Assembly (NCBI GenBank): GCA_016183425.1 | Contig: JACPEP010000008.1 | Coordinates: forward strand, 21,048 to 85,047 | Length of the DNA: 64,000 nt | DNA from: Chloroflexota bacterium | Lineage (GTDB): Bacteria; Chloroflexota; Dehalococcoidia; JACPEP01 | Direction: 5' to 3' | Part shown: in pieces, positions 45,063-54,957 of the stretch | Position numbering within the stretch: position 1 is the first letter of the stretch | Layout of the letters: every line of letters starts with the position of its first letter | Notes under the pieces: generated by a model | Told to the model about the DNA's origin: nothing | Seen by the model: only the letters and a program-made list of their open reading frames with translations | The model's database searches: none | Translations under genes and position numbers: made by a program

Positions 45063-45620
45063 TCAGGGTGTGGCCTTGCCTGGTACGAATCCTTTGGCCT
45101 CCTCTGTGGGACCGGGAGGCATTTCCACTAGGGTGCCAACGCCACCAATCTTCATATGGGCGTAGGTGGGTTTAGGGTTGATGACCAACACCTTGCAAAT
45201 CGTGTCTTTATGTGCGTTGAAATGCTGGTGAACGCAGCCAGTGTGGACTAAGGCCACGCACCCTGGCTTCCAGTCATAGAGTTTCCCATCATGAATTTCC
45301 TGCCCCTCGCCCTCGATGATATAAAAGATCGCCTCATTCATATGGCCATGTTTCTTGCCGTAGCCGCCTGGAGCGAAGACACCGAACCAAGAGGCAAGGC
45401 TGGTCACGGGCAGGTCCGACGTGTTGGGCCCACCCAATATCCATTTTCGAAAATACATCCCGCCGCCGGTATCTTCCCAGGGCTGGCTTTCTATTTGCTC
45501 CGCTGTCAACACCCGGGGCAGTTTGCGTAGCCGCTCAAACTTGGCCTTCTGGGTATCTTCAGTCTTTTCCTGCCACTTGACTATTTCCTGCTCAGACAAT
45601 TCCTTTTTCTCCTTTCCCAT
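45063..45620 (-). CDS. Cupin-domain protein
   Basis: Cupin motifs G(X)5HXH...: GHMNEAIFYIIEGEG, HTGCVHQHFN. Confidence 0.55.
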   Translation of the reverse strand: MGKEKKELSEQEIVKWQEKTEDTQKAKFERLRKLPRVLTAEQIESQPWEDTGGGMYFRKWILGGPNTSDLPVTSLASWFGVFAPGGYGKKHGHMNEAIFYIIEGEGQEIHDGKLYDWKPGCVALVHTGCVHQHFNAHKDTICKVLVINPKPTYAHMKIGGVGTLVEMPPGPTEEAKGFVPGKATP

Positions 45621-45651
45621 TTTTTATCGCGAGCTTTCCGAACAATGTCAG

Positions 45652-46206
45652 TTATCGCTCGTGGTATTCAGGGGCATCCTCCAGTTGCTCCAGATCATTT
45701 CCCCACATCACCTCATATAGGCGACTGACGGCAGAGATGAACCGGGCAGGCTTATCCGGGTCAGCATTGAAGTGCTGGTGCACCGTGTTCACGGGGATAA
45801 GAATGGCATCCCCCTTTTTCCACTCCCAGCGGGATGGCTCTTCCTGTAGTTTCCACCCGAAGTGGTCAGTTACCTCCATGTCCACGTCCCAGTGGAGGTC
45901 GTATCCCTTGCCTTCAAGAACGTAAACATATTCCTCGCCCATATGGCGATGCTTCCCAGAGCGGCTACTGGGGGGGATCTCCTGCATGTAGACGTCCACC
46001 GTCTTAATACGAGTGTCCATCTTCGAGTTCACTATGTGTTTGATCTTGCCCTGGGGAGACATCTCCCAGGGCATATCCTCGGGAAACAGTATCTTCTTCA
46101 GCCCCTCCTCCCGTTCTTTTTGCTCCTGGGCCTCCTCCAGATGTTCGCGATAGTAGCGGGCCGTCCGCTCGCCTTTGTTCCAGTGCTCAGATTCGTGGAG
46201 CCCCAT
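45652..46206 (-). CDS. Cupin-domain protein
   Basis: KHRHMGEEYVYVLEGKG..., VHQHFN. Confidence 0.55.
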   Translation of the reverse strand: MGLHESEHWNKGERTARYYREHLEEAQEQKEREEGLKKILFPEDMPWEMSPQGKIKHIVNSKMDTRIKTVDVYMQEIPPSSRSGKHRHMGEEYVYVLEGKGYDLHWDVDMEVTDHFGWKLQEEPSRWEWKKGDAILIPVNTVHQHFNADPDKPARFISAVSRLYEVMWGNDLEQLEDAPEYHER

Positions 46207-46503
46207 TTTTTCATCCTTTCTCGTTCAAGCATCCTGCTTATACATAATTGACCAGTGGACTCTACACAGCCATCCCGGGGTCCAAAATTCTAAACTGAGG
46301 CGACCTCCGCGCAGGGACGTACCATCTCGTTTTTATAAGCATTACCTGGAAATGTCAAGGCCTGAAGTGGTACGATTATGCGAGAAACCTAGCGCTTCGC
46401 TGAGCAATTGAGAGGATTGTGCCTTTTATCTCGTATCGTTGCCTTTCGTTAGCCTTATGTTTCTTACTACCTAGAATTACACCCTATCAAGTCAACCAGC
46501 TCA

Positions 46504-48681
46504 GTGCAAAATGCTGAAGGGCTATGCTATAATGTGGCCGTTGCAACCTGCGCAGAGGTCGCTTCTATTGTGAGCCATAGCAGACACAGCCAGATGACCG
46601 GAAGCCCCAAGGAATTAGCGGCCGTACTCTTCCTCTTCTTTATCTTGGCAACCACCTACGTCTGGACCATGCCTCCCTTCGAGTCATCGGACGAGCTCAG
46701 CCACTTAGAGTTCGTCAAGCGATTGCTCCTGGAGGGACGACTGCCCATAGTCACCAAGATGGAGTACTTTGCCGCCGAGGAGCATCAGCCACCCACCTAC
46801 TACGTACTAGCTGCCTTGGTGGGGCGAGCCCTCATATCCACTCCTCTCAGGGATGACTTTGGCCAAATGACCCTCATTTTTTATGGGGCTCGGGGTCTCT
46901 CGGTACTTTTTGGCCTGGCGGCGGTGGCAGGAACCTATCTATTGGCAAGCCATGTCTTCGGGCCCCGCCCGCTGTTGCGCCTCGCCACCACCGCCCTGGT
47001 GGCCTTCAATCCCAGCTTCATTTCTATCATGGCCGCCGTCACCAATGACAGCCTGGCGGCGGCGGTGGGAGCCTTTATCCTGCTGGCCACCGTTAAGATA
47101 GCCGCGGCTCGCCCTATTTCCCTGAAATGGCTAATAGCTACTGGGCTTTTAGTGGGGATAGGGGCGATAAGCAAAGAGAACCTGCTTTATTTGTTCCTTC
47201 CCCTAGCGGTCGCCCTGACGGTGATGGCCCGGCGAACTGCCCAATACCCTTTGCGGGTACTCGTGGCGGTAGGGCTGCCCGCCGTAGCCGTGGGAGCCTG
47301 GTGGTATGTACGCAACTGGGCCCTGTATGGGGACCCCCTGGCTTGGAACATCAACGCCTTGCTGAGCCCAGGCAACATACACAGGGAAACGCCCGATGTA
47401 CACAGCTACCTCTCGATGATAAATGACTCCGCTCAAACCTTCTGGGTCGGCTTAGGACAGTCCCATGGGATACGGGCTGCAATGCCAATATACGCCGTCT
47501 TATGGATGGGGGGGGCTATCGCCCTTCTCGGCCTGTACCAGCTCTTTCGTGTCAAGAAACGGCTAGTTCCATGGTCTTCCGGCCTTAGCCTGGGTCTTGG
47601 CCTCCTCGCCATAGATGTGGCCCTGACATTTCTGGCTGTCCTTCGTTATCACTGGTCTTTCATCGGGGCGGGTTCGGGCCGCTTCTTCTTCCCCGTGGCC
47701 GGAGCCATCGCCGTCCTGCTGATACTGGGGCTTGCCCACGCCCTCCCAACTCGAATCCCTTGGCTCCCTATAGGCTTCTCATCCCTACTCCTCACCCTGA
47801 GCGTCGTCTCCCCTTTCGTCTATCTGCTGCCCCTTCGCGTCAGTCCCCTTGTAGTCACCACCGCCGAGCTGGCATCCCAGGCCCAGCCCGTAGACGCCAC
47901 CTTCGATGGCAGTCTCCAACTGGTGGGCTACCGGATCCCCAATCCCCGGGTGAGGCCCGGGGAAAGTCTCCCGGTGTCCTTGTACTGGAAGGCCATGTCC
48001 GACACCACCGTTAATTGGACGAACTACATTCACATCGTGGATGGCCAGAATGGAAACACTATGGTGGGCCAGTACGATTCCATCCCTCTTAGGGGAAGCT
48101 ATCCCACCTACTTCTGGCGCAAGGGTCAGATATGGCGCGAGGACTACCAGGTTCCCCTTCGCCCCGATGCCCTTGACGGCTATTACCAACTGGAGGTAGG
48201 CTTCTACGATTTGCGAACCGGCCGGGGAGCACCGGTCAGCGCCCAAGGCAAGGAATGGATGGGAGGACTTCGCTTGGGCCAGTTAAGGGTATTAGCACCT
48301 CAGGTATCAGCAAAGCCAAAGAATCCCCTGGAGGCTGACTTTCAGGAATCCATCCGGCTGGTGGGTTGGGACTGGGAAAGGAACACGGTGACCCTTTATT
48401 GGCAGCCCACGAACACCATTACCAGATCGCTCACCGTTTTCGCCCATTTTTTGGACTCTGAATCCCGAATGATAGCTCAGCATGATGGCTGGCCCGCCCG
48501 GGGCAGGTTGCCCACCTTTGTCTGGGAGCCCGGGGAAATAATCAGGGACGAACACCCCGTGGCAGCCCCGCCCGGCACCTATTCTCTGGAGGTGGGGCTC
48601 TACGATTCCCTTACTCAGCAGCGAGTGCCTTTGACGACGGGCAGTAGCAGCCTTTTCCTGGGGACAGTAGATGTTCCATAA
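46504..48681 (+). CDS. GT-C-type (ArnT/PMT/GT39-GT83-like) membrane glycosyltransferase with a C-terminal extracytoplasmic domain
   Basis: Multi-TM N-terminal half with an early DE motif (FESSDELSHLEF) and a soluble C-terminal half. The start is probably internal (e.g. MTGSPKEL...). Confidence 0.5.
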   Translation: MQNAEGLCYNVAVATCAEVASIVSHSRHSQMTGSPKELAAVLFLFFILATTYVWTMPPFESSDELSHLEFVKRLLLEGRLPIVTKMEYFAAEEHQPPTYYVLAALVGRALISTPLRDDFGQMTLIFYGARGLSVLFGLAAVAGTYLLASHVFGPRPLLRLATTALVAFNPSFISIMAAVTNDSLAAAVGAFILLATVKIAAARPISLKWLIATGLLVGIGAISKENLLYLFLPLAVALTVMARRTAQYPLRVLVAVGLPAVAVGAWWYVRNWALYGDPLAWNINALLSPGNIHRETPDVHSYLSMINDSAQTFWVGLGQSHGIRAAMPIYAVLWMGGAIALLGLYQLFRVKKRLVPWSSGLSLGLGLLAIDVALTFLAVLRYHWSFIGAGSGRFFFPVAGAIAVLLILGLAHALPTRIPWLPIGFSSLLLTLSVVSPFVYLLPLRVSPLVVTTAELASQAQPVDATFDGSLQLVGYRIPNPRVRPGESLPVSLYWKAMSDTTVNWTNYIHIVDGQNGNTMVGQYDSIPLRGSYPTYFWRKGQIWREDYQVPLRPDALDGYYQLEVGFYDLRTGRGAPVSAQGKEWMGGLRLGQLRVLAPQVSAKPKNPLEADFQESIRLVGWDWERNTVTLYWQPTNTITRSLTVFAHFLDSESRMIAQHDGWPARGRLPTFVWEPGEIIRDEHPVAAPPGTYSLEVGLYDSLTQQRVPLTTGSSSLFLGTVDVP

Positions 48682-48722
48682 TGTAGTAGAATATAGAGAA
48701 GGACTAGATTTGGTGGCAGAAA

Positions 48723-50084
48723 TTGATACGTGAAGAAATAGAGCAAGCCCTCAAGGGTCACGACGCCGACTATGTGGAACTGCGCCTGGAAGAGGGAGAG
48801 ACAACCCGCCTCTCCTATCGGGGCCGCGAGCTGGAGGACATCGGCCGAAATGCCAGCCGGGGCGGCAACGCCCGAGCTCTGATGAAGGGGGGGTGGGGGT
48901 TCGTCTCCTTCAACGACCTCTCCAACCTTAGAGACAAGGTGGCCCTGGCGGTGAGCCACGCCCGCCGGGTAGGGAAGGAGGAAAGTCGCCTCGCTCAGAT
49001 CGCACCGACGGTAGAAACAGTGCCCGCAGAAGTGAAGAAGGACCCCCTGCTCATCCCTCTCGCAGAAAAGAAGCGCCTCCTGGATGAGTACAACGAAATT
49101 CTATGGTCTAGCCCCCGGCTCCAAACCTCGTCCATTAGCTACTCCGATGGCCGCCGTCGAACTGTCTTCGCCAACTCCGAGGGAGCCTACATAGAGCAGA
49201 GCCGGGTGGATGTAGTGGCCCGCCTAGCGGCAGTGGCCCGAGACGGCGACGTTGTGGAACAGGCCGGGCTAAGCCTGGGCAGCCAGGGGGATTACGCCGT
49301 CATCGAGGGCCTTCATCAGCAGGTTAAGGAGTTGGGCCAACAGGCGGTAACCCTCCTCTCCGCGCCCCAGGTAAAGAGAGGCGAGTACACCGTCATTCTG
49401 GACCCCGTGCTGGCGGGGGTTTTCATCCACGAGGCCTTCGGTCACCTATCAGAGGCCGATTTCCTTTACGAGAATCCCAAGCTGCAGGAGGTACTGGTTC
49501 TTGGTCGCACCTTTGGCCAGCCCCACCTGAACGTTGTGGATGGCGCCGCCGTGCCCGGTCTGCGGGGCAGCTACCATTACGACGACGAGGGGGTGCCTGC
49601 CACCAGAACCTATCTCATCCGAGAAGGCGTCCTGGTGGGACGGCTGCATTCCCGGGAGACAGCCGCCAAAATGGAAGAACCCCCCACCGGCAACGCCCGG
49701 GCCGTGGACTATCGCTTCCCTCCCATTGTCCGCATGACCAACACCTTCATCGAGACGGGAACGGCGACGCTACAGGACATGATGGCCGAGATACCAGAAG
49801 GACTTTATGTCAAGAACTGGTTCGGCGGCACCACCAGCATCGAAATGTTCACCTTTTCCGCCGGGGAGGCCTACATGATTCGCAACGGGAAAATAGCCGA
49901 ACCCCTACGCGGGGTGGTTCTTACCGGCAATGTTTTCACCACCCTGGCCAACATCGACGCCATCGGCAATGACCTGGACATGAACCAAGGGGGTGGCTGC
50001 GGGAAGGGGGGGCAGGCGCCCCTTCCCGTCTCCAACGGAAGTCCCCACATCCGAATTCGAAACTGCCTGGTGGGAGGACGGTAG
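48723..50084 (+). CDS. tldD: TldD/PmbA-family metalloprotease (TldD-like)
   Basis: TldD/PmbA family signature over its length (HEAFGH). Confidence 0.75.
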   Translation: MIREEIEQALKGHDADYVELRLEEGETTRLSYRGRELEDIGRNASRGGNARALMKGGWGFVSFNDLSNLRDKVALAVSHARRVGKEESRLAQIAPTVETVPAEVKKDPLLIPLAEKKRLLDEYNEILWSSPRLQTSSISYSDGRRRTVFANSEGAYIEQSRVDVVARLAAVARDGDVVEQAGLSLGSQGDYAVIEGLHQQVKELGQQAVTLLSAPQVKRGEYTVILDPVLAGVFIHEAFGHLSEADFLYENPKLQEVLVLGRTFGQPHLNVVDGAAVPGLRGSYHYDDEGVPATRTYLIREGVLVGRLHSRETAAKMEEPPTGNARAVDYRFPPIVRMTNTFIETGTATLQDMMAEIPEGLYVKNWFGGTTSIEMFTFSAGEAYMIRNGKIAEPLRGVVLTGNVFTTLANIDAIGNDLDMNQGGGCGKGGQAPLPVSNGSPHIRIRNCLVGGR

Positions 50085-51391
50085 TGGAAGAAGAGATACT
50101 TAGGCAGGCGATGCAGGTGGCCGAAGCAGCCGAGGTCTACTGGGTATCTTTCCAGGAGACGCCGGTCTCTTTTGAAGCCAACCGTTTGAAATATCTCACC
50201 ACCCGACAGAGCAGCGGCGTGGCTTTACGAGTCATCGTCAACGGCCGTATCGGCCACTCGGCCACCAACCACCGGGAAGACATGGCGGCACTGGTATCCC
50301 GGGCGGTGGAGGTAGCCCAGTTCGGCCCGGAGGCCCACTTTGAGCTGCCTGGCCCTCAGACCTACCCCTCAGTAGAGGCCTACGACCCCCAGACAGAGGC
50401 CTTTCCCGTAGACGCCATGGTGGAGTTGGGCCAGGGTCTCATTGACGGTGTACGGGCTCACGCTCCGGATTTGCAGTGCGAGGCTGGGGTAGCCAAGGAG
50501 ACGCTGACTCTGCACATCATCAACTCCCGAGGCAGCCAGGCGGAGTATCACAAAAGCGTCTTCAGTGCCAGCTTGTGGGGCACTCTGGTTCAGGATACGG
50601 ATATGCTCTTCGTGGGCGACGGCGAGACCCTATGCCAGCCGATGACCGACGGCCTGGTGATCATCGAAAGAGTGCTGCGTCAACTGGAGCTGGCACAAAG
50701 AACGGCCACCGTATCCTCAGGCGCGCTGCCCGTCATTTTCACCCCTCGGGGGGTTCGCAGCGCCTTGGTAGCGCCCCTTTACGCCGCCTTCAGCGGGCGA
50801 GTGGTCTTGCAAGGTGCCTCCCCCTTAGGGGGACGCCTGGGCGAGACGGTGTTCAGCCCCCACTTGACCCTGTGGGACGACCCCACCCTTCCCCTCTCCC
50901 CCGGTGGCCGCCCTTTTGATGACGAGGGTATTCCCACCCAACGAACCCCCTTAGTGGCAGCGGGGGCAGTAGCCAACTTTCTCTACGACCTACAAACAGC
51001 CGGTCTGGCGGGAACCCGAAGCACCGGCAGCGCCCGTCGCTCTTTGGGAGGGCTGCCCTCCCCCTCTGTAAGCACCCTCATCGTGGATGAGGGAGAGGCC
51101 ACCTTCCCGGACATGGTGGCTGATATGAAGGAAGGGCTGGTCATAGAGGATCTCATGGGCGCCAGCCAGGGAAACGTCCTGGGGGGCGACTTCGGCGGCA
51201 ACGTTCTCCTGGGCTACAAAGTGGAGGCAGGAACTATAGTGGGACGAGTTAAGGATACTATGGTCGCCGGCAACGTGTACAAAGTCCTCAGCTCCCTCCG
51301 GGGAATTGGACAAGAAGCCCGATGGGTGGGGGGCCATCTGAGAACACCGGCACTTTATGGCGACAGTATTAGCGTATCCACCAAAAGCTGA
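50084..51391 (+). CDS. TldD/PmbA-family protein (PmbA/TldE-like partner)
   Basis: Family similarity. Adjacent to and overlapping tldD by 1 nt. Confidence 0.7.
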   Translation: MEEEILRQAMQVAEAAEVYWVSFQETPVSFEANRLKYLTTRQSSGVALRVIVNGRIGHSATNHREDMAALVSRAVEVAQFGPEAHFELPGPQTYPSVEAYDPQTEAFPVDAMVELGQGLIDGVRAHAPDLQCEAGVAKETLTLHIINSRGSQAEYHKSVFSASLWGTLVQDTDMLFVGDGETLCQPMTDGLVIIERVLRQLELAQRTATVSSGALPVIFTPRGVRSALVAPLYAAFSGRVVLQGASPLGGRLGETVFSPHLTLWDDPTLPLSPGGRPFDDEGIPTQRTPLVAAGAVANFLYDLQTAGLAGTRSTGSARRSLGGLPSPSVSTLIVDEGEATFPDMVADMKEGLVIEDLMGASQGNVLGGDFGGNVLLGYKVEAGTIVGRVKDTMVAGNVYKVLSSLRGIGQEARWVGGHLRTPALYGDSISVSTKS

Positions 51392-51406
51392 TGGGGACAC
51401 CACAGC

Positions 51407-52315
51407 ATGGAAGAGCTTCTGGCGAAGTTGAGAGATGGCGACCCGGTAGCGCCTTCTCAGCTCATGCTCCTCTCTGAGCTATCGGAAGAGGGATGCCGTC
51501 TCTGGCAGCAAGAGTGGCCCTACCTGCCCCAAGAGCGCCGGCAACAGCTGGTCAGAACCCTCGCCCAATTGGGCGAGGACTGTATCGAATCGGATTTTGG
51601 CCGCGCCTTTCACATCATCCTGGAAGACGAGGACGAAACAGTGGTCTTATGGGCTATCAAGGGCCTTTCCTATTGCGAAGACCGGTGGCTCATTGGAGCC
51701 CTGGTGAAGCTGCTCCACAATGACGCTCGCCCGTCGGTGCGTGCGGCAGCGACCGCCGCCATGGAGCGCTTCGCCCTTCTGGCGGCGCTGGGCAAGCTCT
51801 CTCCGGAAGATGAGACAAGCGTGGCAGTAGCACTGATTTCCACCACCCAGAATCAGAAAGAGACCGAAGAGGTCAGGTGCCAGGCCCTTCGAGGAGCCGG
51901 AGCCTTGGAATTGTCCCGAGTTAAAGAGATTATCCACCAAGCATATCAAAGCTCGTCCCTGCTCCTTCGGCTGAGCGCAGTGTACGCCATGGGCATGAAC
52001 TGCAACCCCTATTGGCTGCCTACCCTCATCGCAGAGCTGGATAGCCCCCACCAGGAGATGCGCCAAGAGGCCGCCCGAGCCCTGGGGGAATTGGAGGATG
52101 AACGGGCCGTACCCCACCTGGCCCTCCTTCTCCAGGATCCCTACTCCCAGGCCAGGGAAGCGGCCTTTCAAGCCTTGAGCAACATCGGCGGCGAAGAGGC
52201 CAAACAGCTCCTGCTTCTCTGCCTCAAGGACCCATCCCCTCAAATTCGTGCCGCCGCACGCCGAGCCCTTCGGCAGCTCAACACCAGGGACAACCTTTCA
52301 TCACTCTTTAGCTGA
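51407..52315 (+). CDS. HEAT-repeat (PBS-lyase-type) protein
   Basis: Repeated ...VRAAAARALG...D...VR helical repeats. Confidence 0.55.
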   Translation: MEELLAKLRDGDPVAPSQLMLLSELSEEGCRLWQQEWPYLPQERRQQLVRTLAQLGEDCIESDFGRAFHIILEDEDETVVLWAIKGLSYCEDRWLIGALVKLLHNDARPSVRAAATAAMERFALLAALGKLSPEDETSVAVALISTTQNQKETEEVRCQALRGAGALELSRVKEIIHQAYQSSSLLLRLSAVYAMGMNCNPYWLPTLIAELDSPHQEMRQEAARALGELEDERAVPHLALLLQDPYSQAREAAFQALSNIGGEEAKQLLLLCLKDPSPQIRAAARRALRQLNTRDNLSSLFS

Positions 52316-52369
52316 TCACTTCCGGAGAGGCCGGGCACGCTTTATCTTTGACCATGCAGGTGGAAAGCA

Positions 52370-52654
52370 TCAAGCCGTTTTCCCCTCCTGTCTGAGGTGC
52401 TCCAGAATCCACATTCTAACCAGAGTGGTAGGGCCGATGCCTTGCTCGTGGGCCTTTGCCCGTAACATCGCTAACGTCTCTTTGTCCAGTCTAATATTGA
52501 GTCCCTCCGACAGATTCTTGGCAAAGCGGGCTCGCACCGTTTTGAACTCATCCTGATAATCGGCCATATCGTGGGTATCAAACCACTCGGCTTCTTCTTC
52601 CCGGCTTTTAAACTCCGGGATTCTGCTTTTTGTTTCCTGTTCTTTCTTGCTCAT
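52370..52654 (-). CDS. brnA: BrnA-family antitoxin (CopG/RHH-like)
   Basis: IPEFKSREEEAEWFDTHDMADY...LRAKAHEQGIGPTTLVRMWILEHL is the BrnA pattern. 4-nt overlap with brnT. Confidence 0.7.
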   Translation of the reverse strand: MSKKEQETKSRIPEFKSREEEAEWFDTHDMADYQDEFKTVRARFAKNLSEGLNIRLDKETLAMLRAKAHEQGIGPTTLVRMWILEHLRQEGKTA

Positions 52655-52941
52655 TCGGTTTCACCCCCCCGTTCATTGGCATAGATCGCTCGCTCACGTC
52701 GGCTGCTCGGTCTGGCAGTCACCGGATAATACACTCCTCCCGGTGAAGATTCGGCGTCCAAGACAACAGTGAGTATCCTTCCGGATAGGGTTGGCCCGAA
52801 AACGAGCGAGCGTCCCTTTTTGCCGACTTGAACCACCGGCTCCCCGTGGCAGACCTCCTCCACCTCTTCTGGGGTCACTCCATGTCGAGCAATATGGGCC
52901 ACATTGCAAGGATCCCAGATGAGACGGTGAATCACCAGCAT
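52651..52941 (-). CDS. brnT: BrnT-family (DUF497) ribonuclease toxin
   Basis: FIWDPxKAxxNxxKHGV-type N-terminus (LIWDPCNVAHIARHGVTPEEVEEV). Confidence 0.7.
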   Translation of the reverse strand: MLVIHRLIWDPCNVAHIARHGVTPEEVEEVCHGEPVVQVGKKGRSLVFGPTLSGRILTVVLDAESSPGGVYYPVTARPSSRRERAIYANERGGETE

Positions 52942-53201
52942 GGCTTAATTGTATCACAATGCGACACAATATCAATCCCTAAAACAGAGACCTAGAAAAA
53001 GAACAGGGCCTACGGGCAACTGAGGTTCAACATCTAGCTCAGACGCACTTAGAATCCCCCCGACGTACTATCTTGATTACTGCCTCACGCGGCCTCCTTT
53101 TGCCTGTCGACATGGCGCATGTCCGATTTGACAACGGCGTAACGCTGTGCTAACATATGCTTACCATGAATGTTGGTACAACTTGTATTAGGAGTATTAC
53201 C

Positions 53202-53459
53202 ATGAAAGAACTTGAAACAACCCTGACGCGAAAAGGACAGGTTACCATCCCCCAGGAAGTGCGCCGAGCTTTGGGCCTGAAGCCCCGCGACAAAGTGCTC
53301 TTCGAGATTGAAGGAGAGGCCGCCAAGATAAGGCCGGCCGTGTCTAAGCTCCTTGCTGGCTACGGGGCTGTAGTACCCAGGAAGAGACCTGAGGACTTCC
53401 GCAAGCTACGTGAGGAGTTTGAGGAGGGAGTTGCAGAAGAGGTAGTCTCGGAGACTTAA
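53202..53459 (+). CDS. AbrB/MazE-type (SpoVT/AbrB fold) antitoxin, VapB-like
   Basis: MKELETTLTRKGQVTIPQEVRRALGLKPRDKV. AGGAG upstream. Located upstream of the PIN gene. Confidence 0.65.
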   Translation: MKELETTLTRKGQVTIPQEVRRALGLKPRDKVLFEIEGEAAKIRPAVSKLLAGYGAVVPRKRPEDFRKLREEFEEGVAEEVVSET

Positions 53460-53465
53460 GGTACC

Positions 53466-53903
53466 ATGCCGCTACGGTTTCTTGATACCAATGTCCTGAT
53501 ACGCTACTTCACTCGGGACGATGAAGAAAAGGCCCGGCAAGCCCTGGCCTTGTTGGCCCGGGTTGAGCGCGGCGATGAGAAGGTCATCACGTCACCCATG
53601 GTCATCTTTGAGACCGTTTTCACTTTGCAGAAGGGCTATCAAGTTCCCCGGAGCGATATTCGGCGCCTCGTCTCGGCCATAATCGCCCTCAGGGGCCTGC
53701 AACTGCAGCGCAAAAATCTCTACTATCGAGCTTTCGACCTCTACGTAGACCACAACATTTCTTTTGCCGATGCCTACAACGCTGCCTATATGGAAGAGCG
53801 TGGAGCCACTGACATCTACACCTGGGACACCGACTTTGACAAGCTCGAAGGCGTCGCCCACCTTGAGCCCCAGGAGGAGAGGCTTTCATCTGCAGGCAAT
53901 TGA
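53466..53903 (+). CDS. vapC: PIN-domain toxin VapC
   Basis: FLDTNVLIRY...(D)...E...D..D acidic residues: DTN, FETVF, FADAYNAA, TWDTDF. Confidence 0.75.
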   Translation: MPLRFLDTNVLIRYFTRDDEEKARQALALLARVERGDEKVITSPMVIFETVFTLQKGYQVPRSDIRRLVSAIIALRGLQLQRKNLYYRAFDLYVDHNISFADAYNAAYMEERGATDIYTWDTDFDKLEGVAHLEPQEERLSSAGN

Positions 53904-54005
53904 GGCTGCCTATGTGAACCTTTTCTGTCCTCCCTAATGTCTACAAAATGCCTAATTCGATATGATGTGCATTTAACAGTATAATGCGCTTATAAGGGAG
54001 GTACT

Positions 54006-54314
54006 ATGTCAGCACGAAGAATGTCCGCGCGGGAAGCCAGAGCCAACTTTGGCGACCTGTTGGGTCTAGTTTACTACACTAAGGAGGCTGTGATCATCGA
54101 GAAAAAGGGGCGACCCTTTGCCGTCGTTGTCAGCCCACAGGACTACGAAGCTCTCCAAAAGGAGCAAGAACGCGCCTGGTCGGTTGTCGATCAAGTTCGA
54201 GAGCGCAATGCTGATAAAGACCCCGACGAGGTGCTCACCGACGTGACAACGGAGGTCGAAACCGTCCGTCAAAAGCTGTATGAAGAAAAGCAGGCTCCTA
54301 AGCGCCGTCGTTGA
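54006..54314 (+). CDS. Phd/YefM-family antitoxin
   Basis: MSAREARANFGDLLGLVYYTKEAVIIEKKGRPFAVVVSPQDYEAL is the Phd/YefM N-terminal pattern. Confidence 0.65.
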   Translation: MSARRMSAREARANFGDLLGLVYYTKEAVIIEKKGRPFAVVVSPQDYEALQKEQERAWSVVDQVRERNADKDPDEVLTDVTTEVETVRQKLYEEKQAPKRRR

Positions 54315-54738
54315 CACCAATCTGTTTGTCAGTGGCTTAATCCTGAAGCGCGGCTCTCCATACGAAATCGTCGAGGCATTACGCCGCGGCGATTTTACGT
54401 TGGTTATCTCAGAACCGATCTACACGGAATACACCCAAGTCCTGTCCCGCCCAAGGTTCGCTGAGCAATACGCCCTGACCCAAGAAGAAGTTGCTGACTT
54501 CTAATTCCTAATAGATACCATTGCTCTTAAGGTGACCCCCAGACGCCGACTCCCGGTCAGGGTGAGACACCAGAAAGATGAAGTGATTCTGGCGACTGCT
54601 CTGGGTAGGGCAAACTATCTCGTGACTGGGGATGACGACTTACTCTCCGTACGCGATCATGCAAAGCTAGGGCAACTGAAGATCGTCACGGCAAGGGAAT
54701 TCCTGGACCTCCTGAGAGAGGAACACACCGGAAACTGA
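54280..54738 (+). pseudogene. PIN-family toxin (TIGR00305-like) interrupted by a single in-frame TAA at 54502-54504
   Basis: The two ORFs 54280..54504 and 54532..54738 are in the same frame. Concatenated they read ...VVDTNLFVSGLI...EEVADF*FLIDTIALKV...DEVILATALGRANYLVTGDDDLLSVRD..IVTAREFLDLL, which is a full PIN domain. Confidence 0.65.
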
Positions 54739-54957
54739 TCCTCAAGTGGTACGAGTTTCAGATAGTGACTGCTTTCCTACTGGTCGCGGCAACAATATGC
54801 ACCTGGACGGCTACCAACCACACGCCCAAATGGTGGGTGGAGGAGGCCTGTTGACACGGTATTATGCTGGCAGTAGGATTTGGTCACCAACTAGCATCGG
54901 TCTCCGGACGAACAATGAATGGTCACCAGAGTCGGGAAAAACTGGAGCAGGGGTTAC

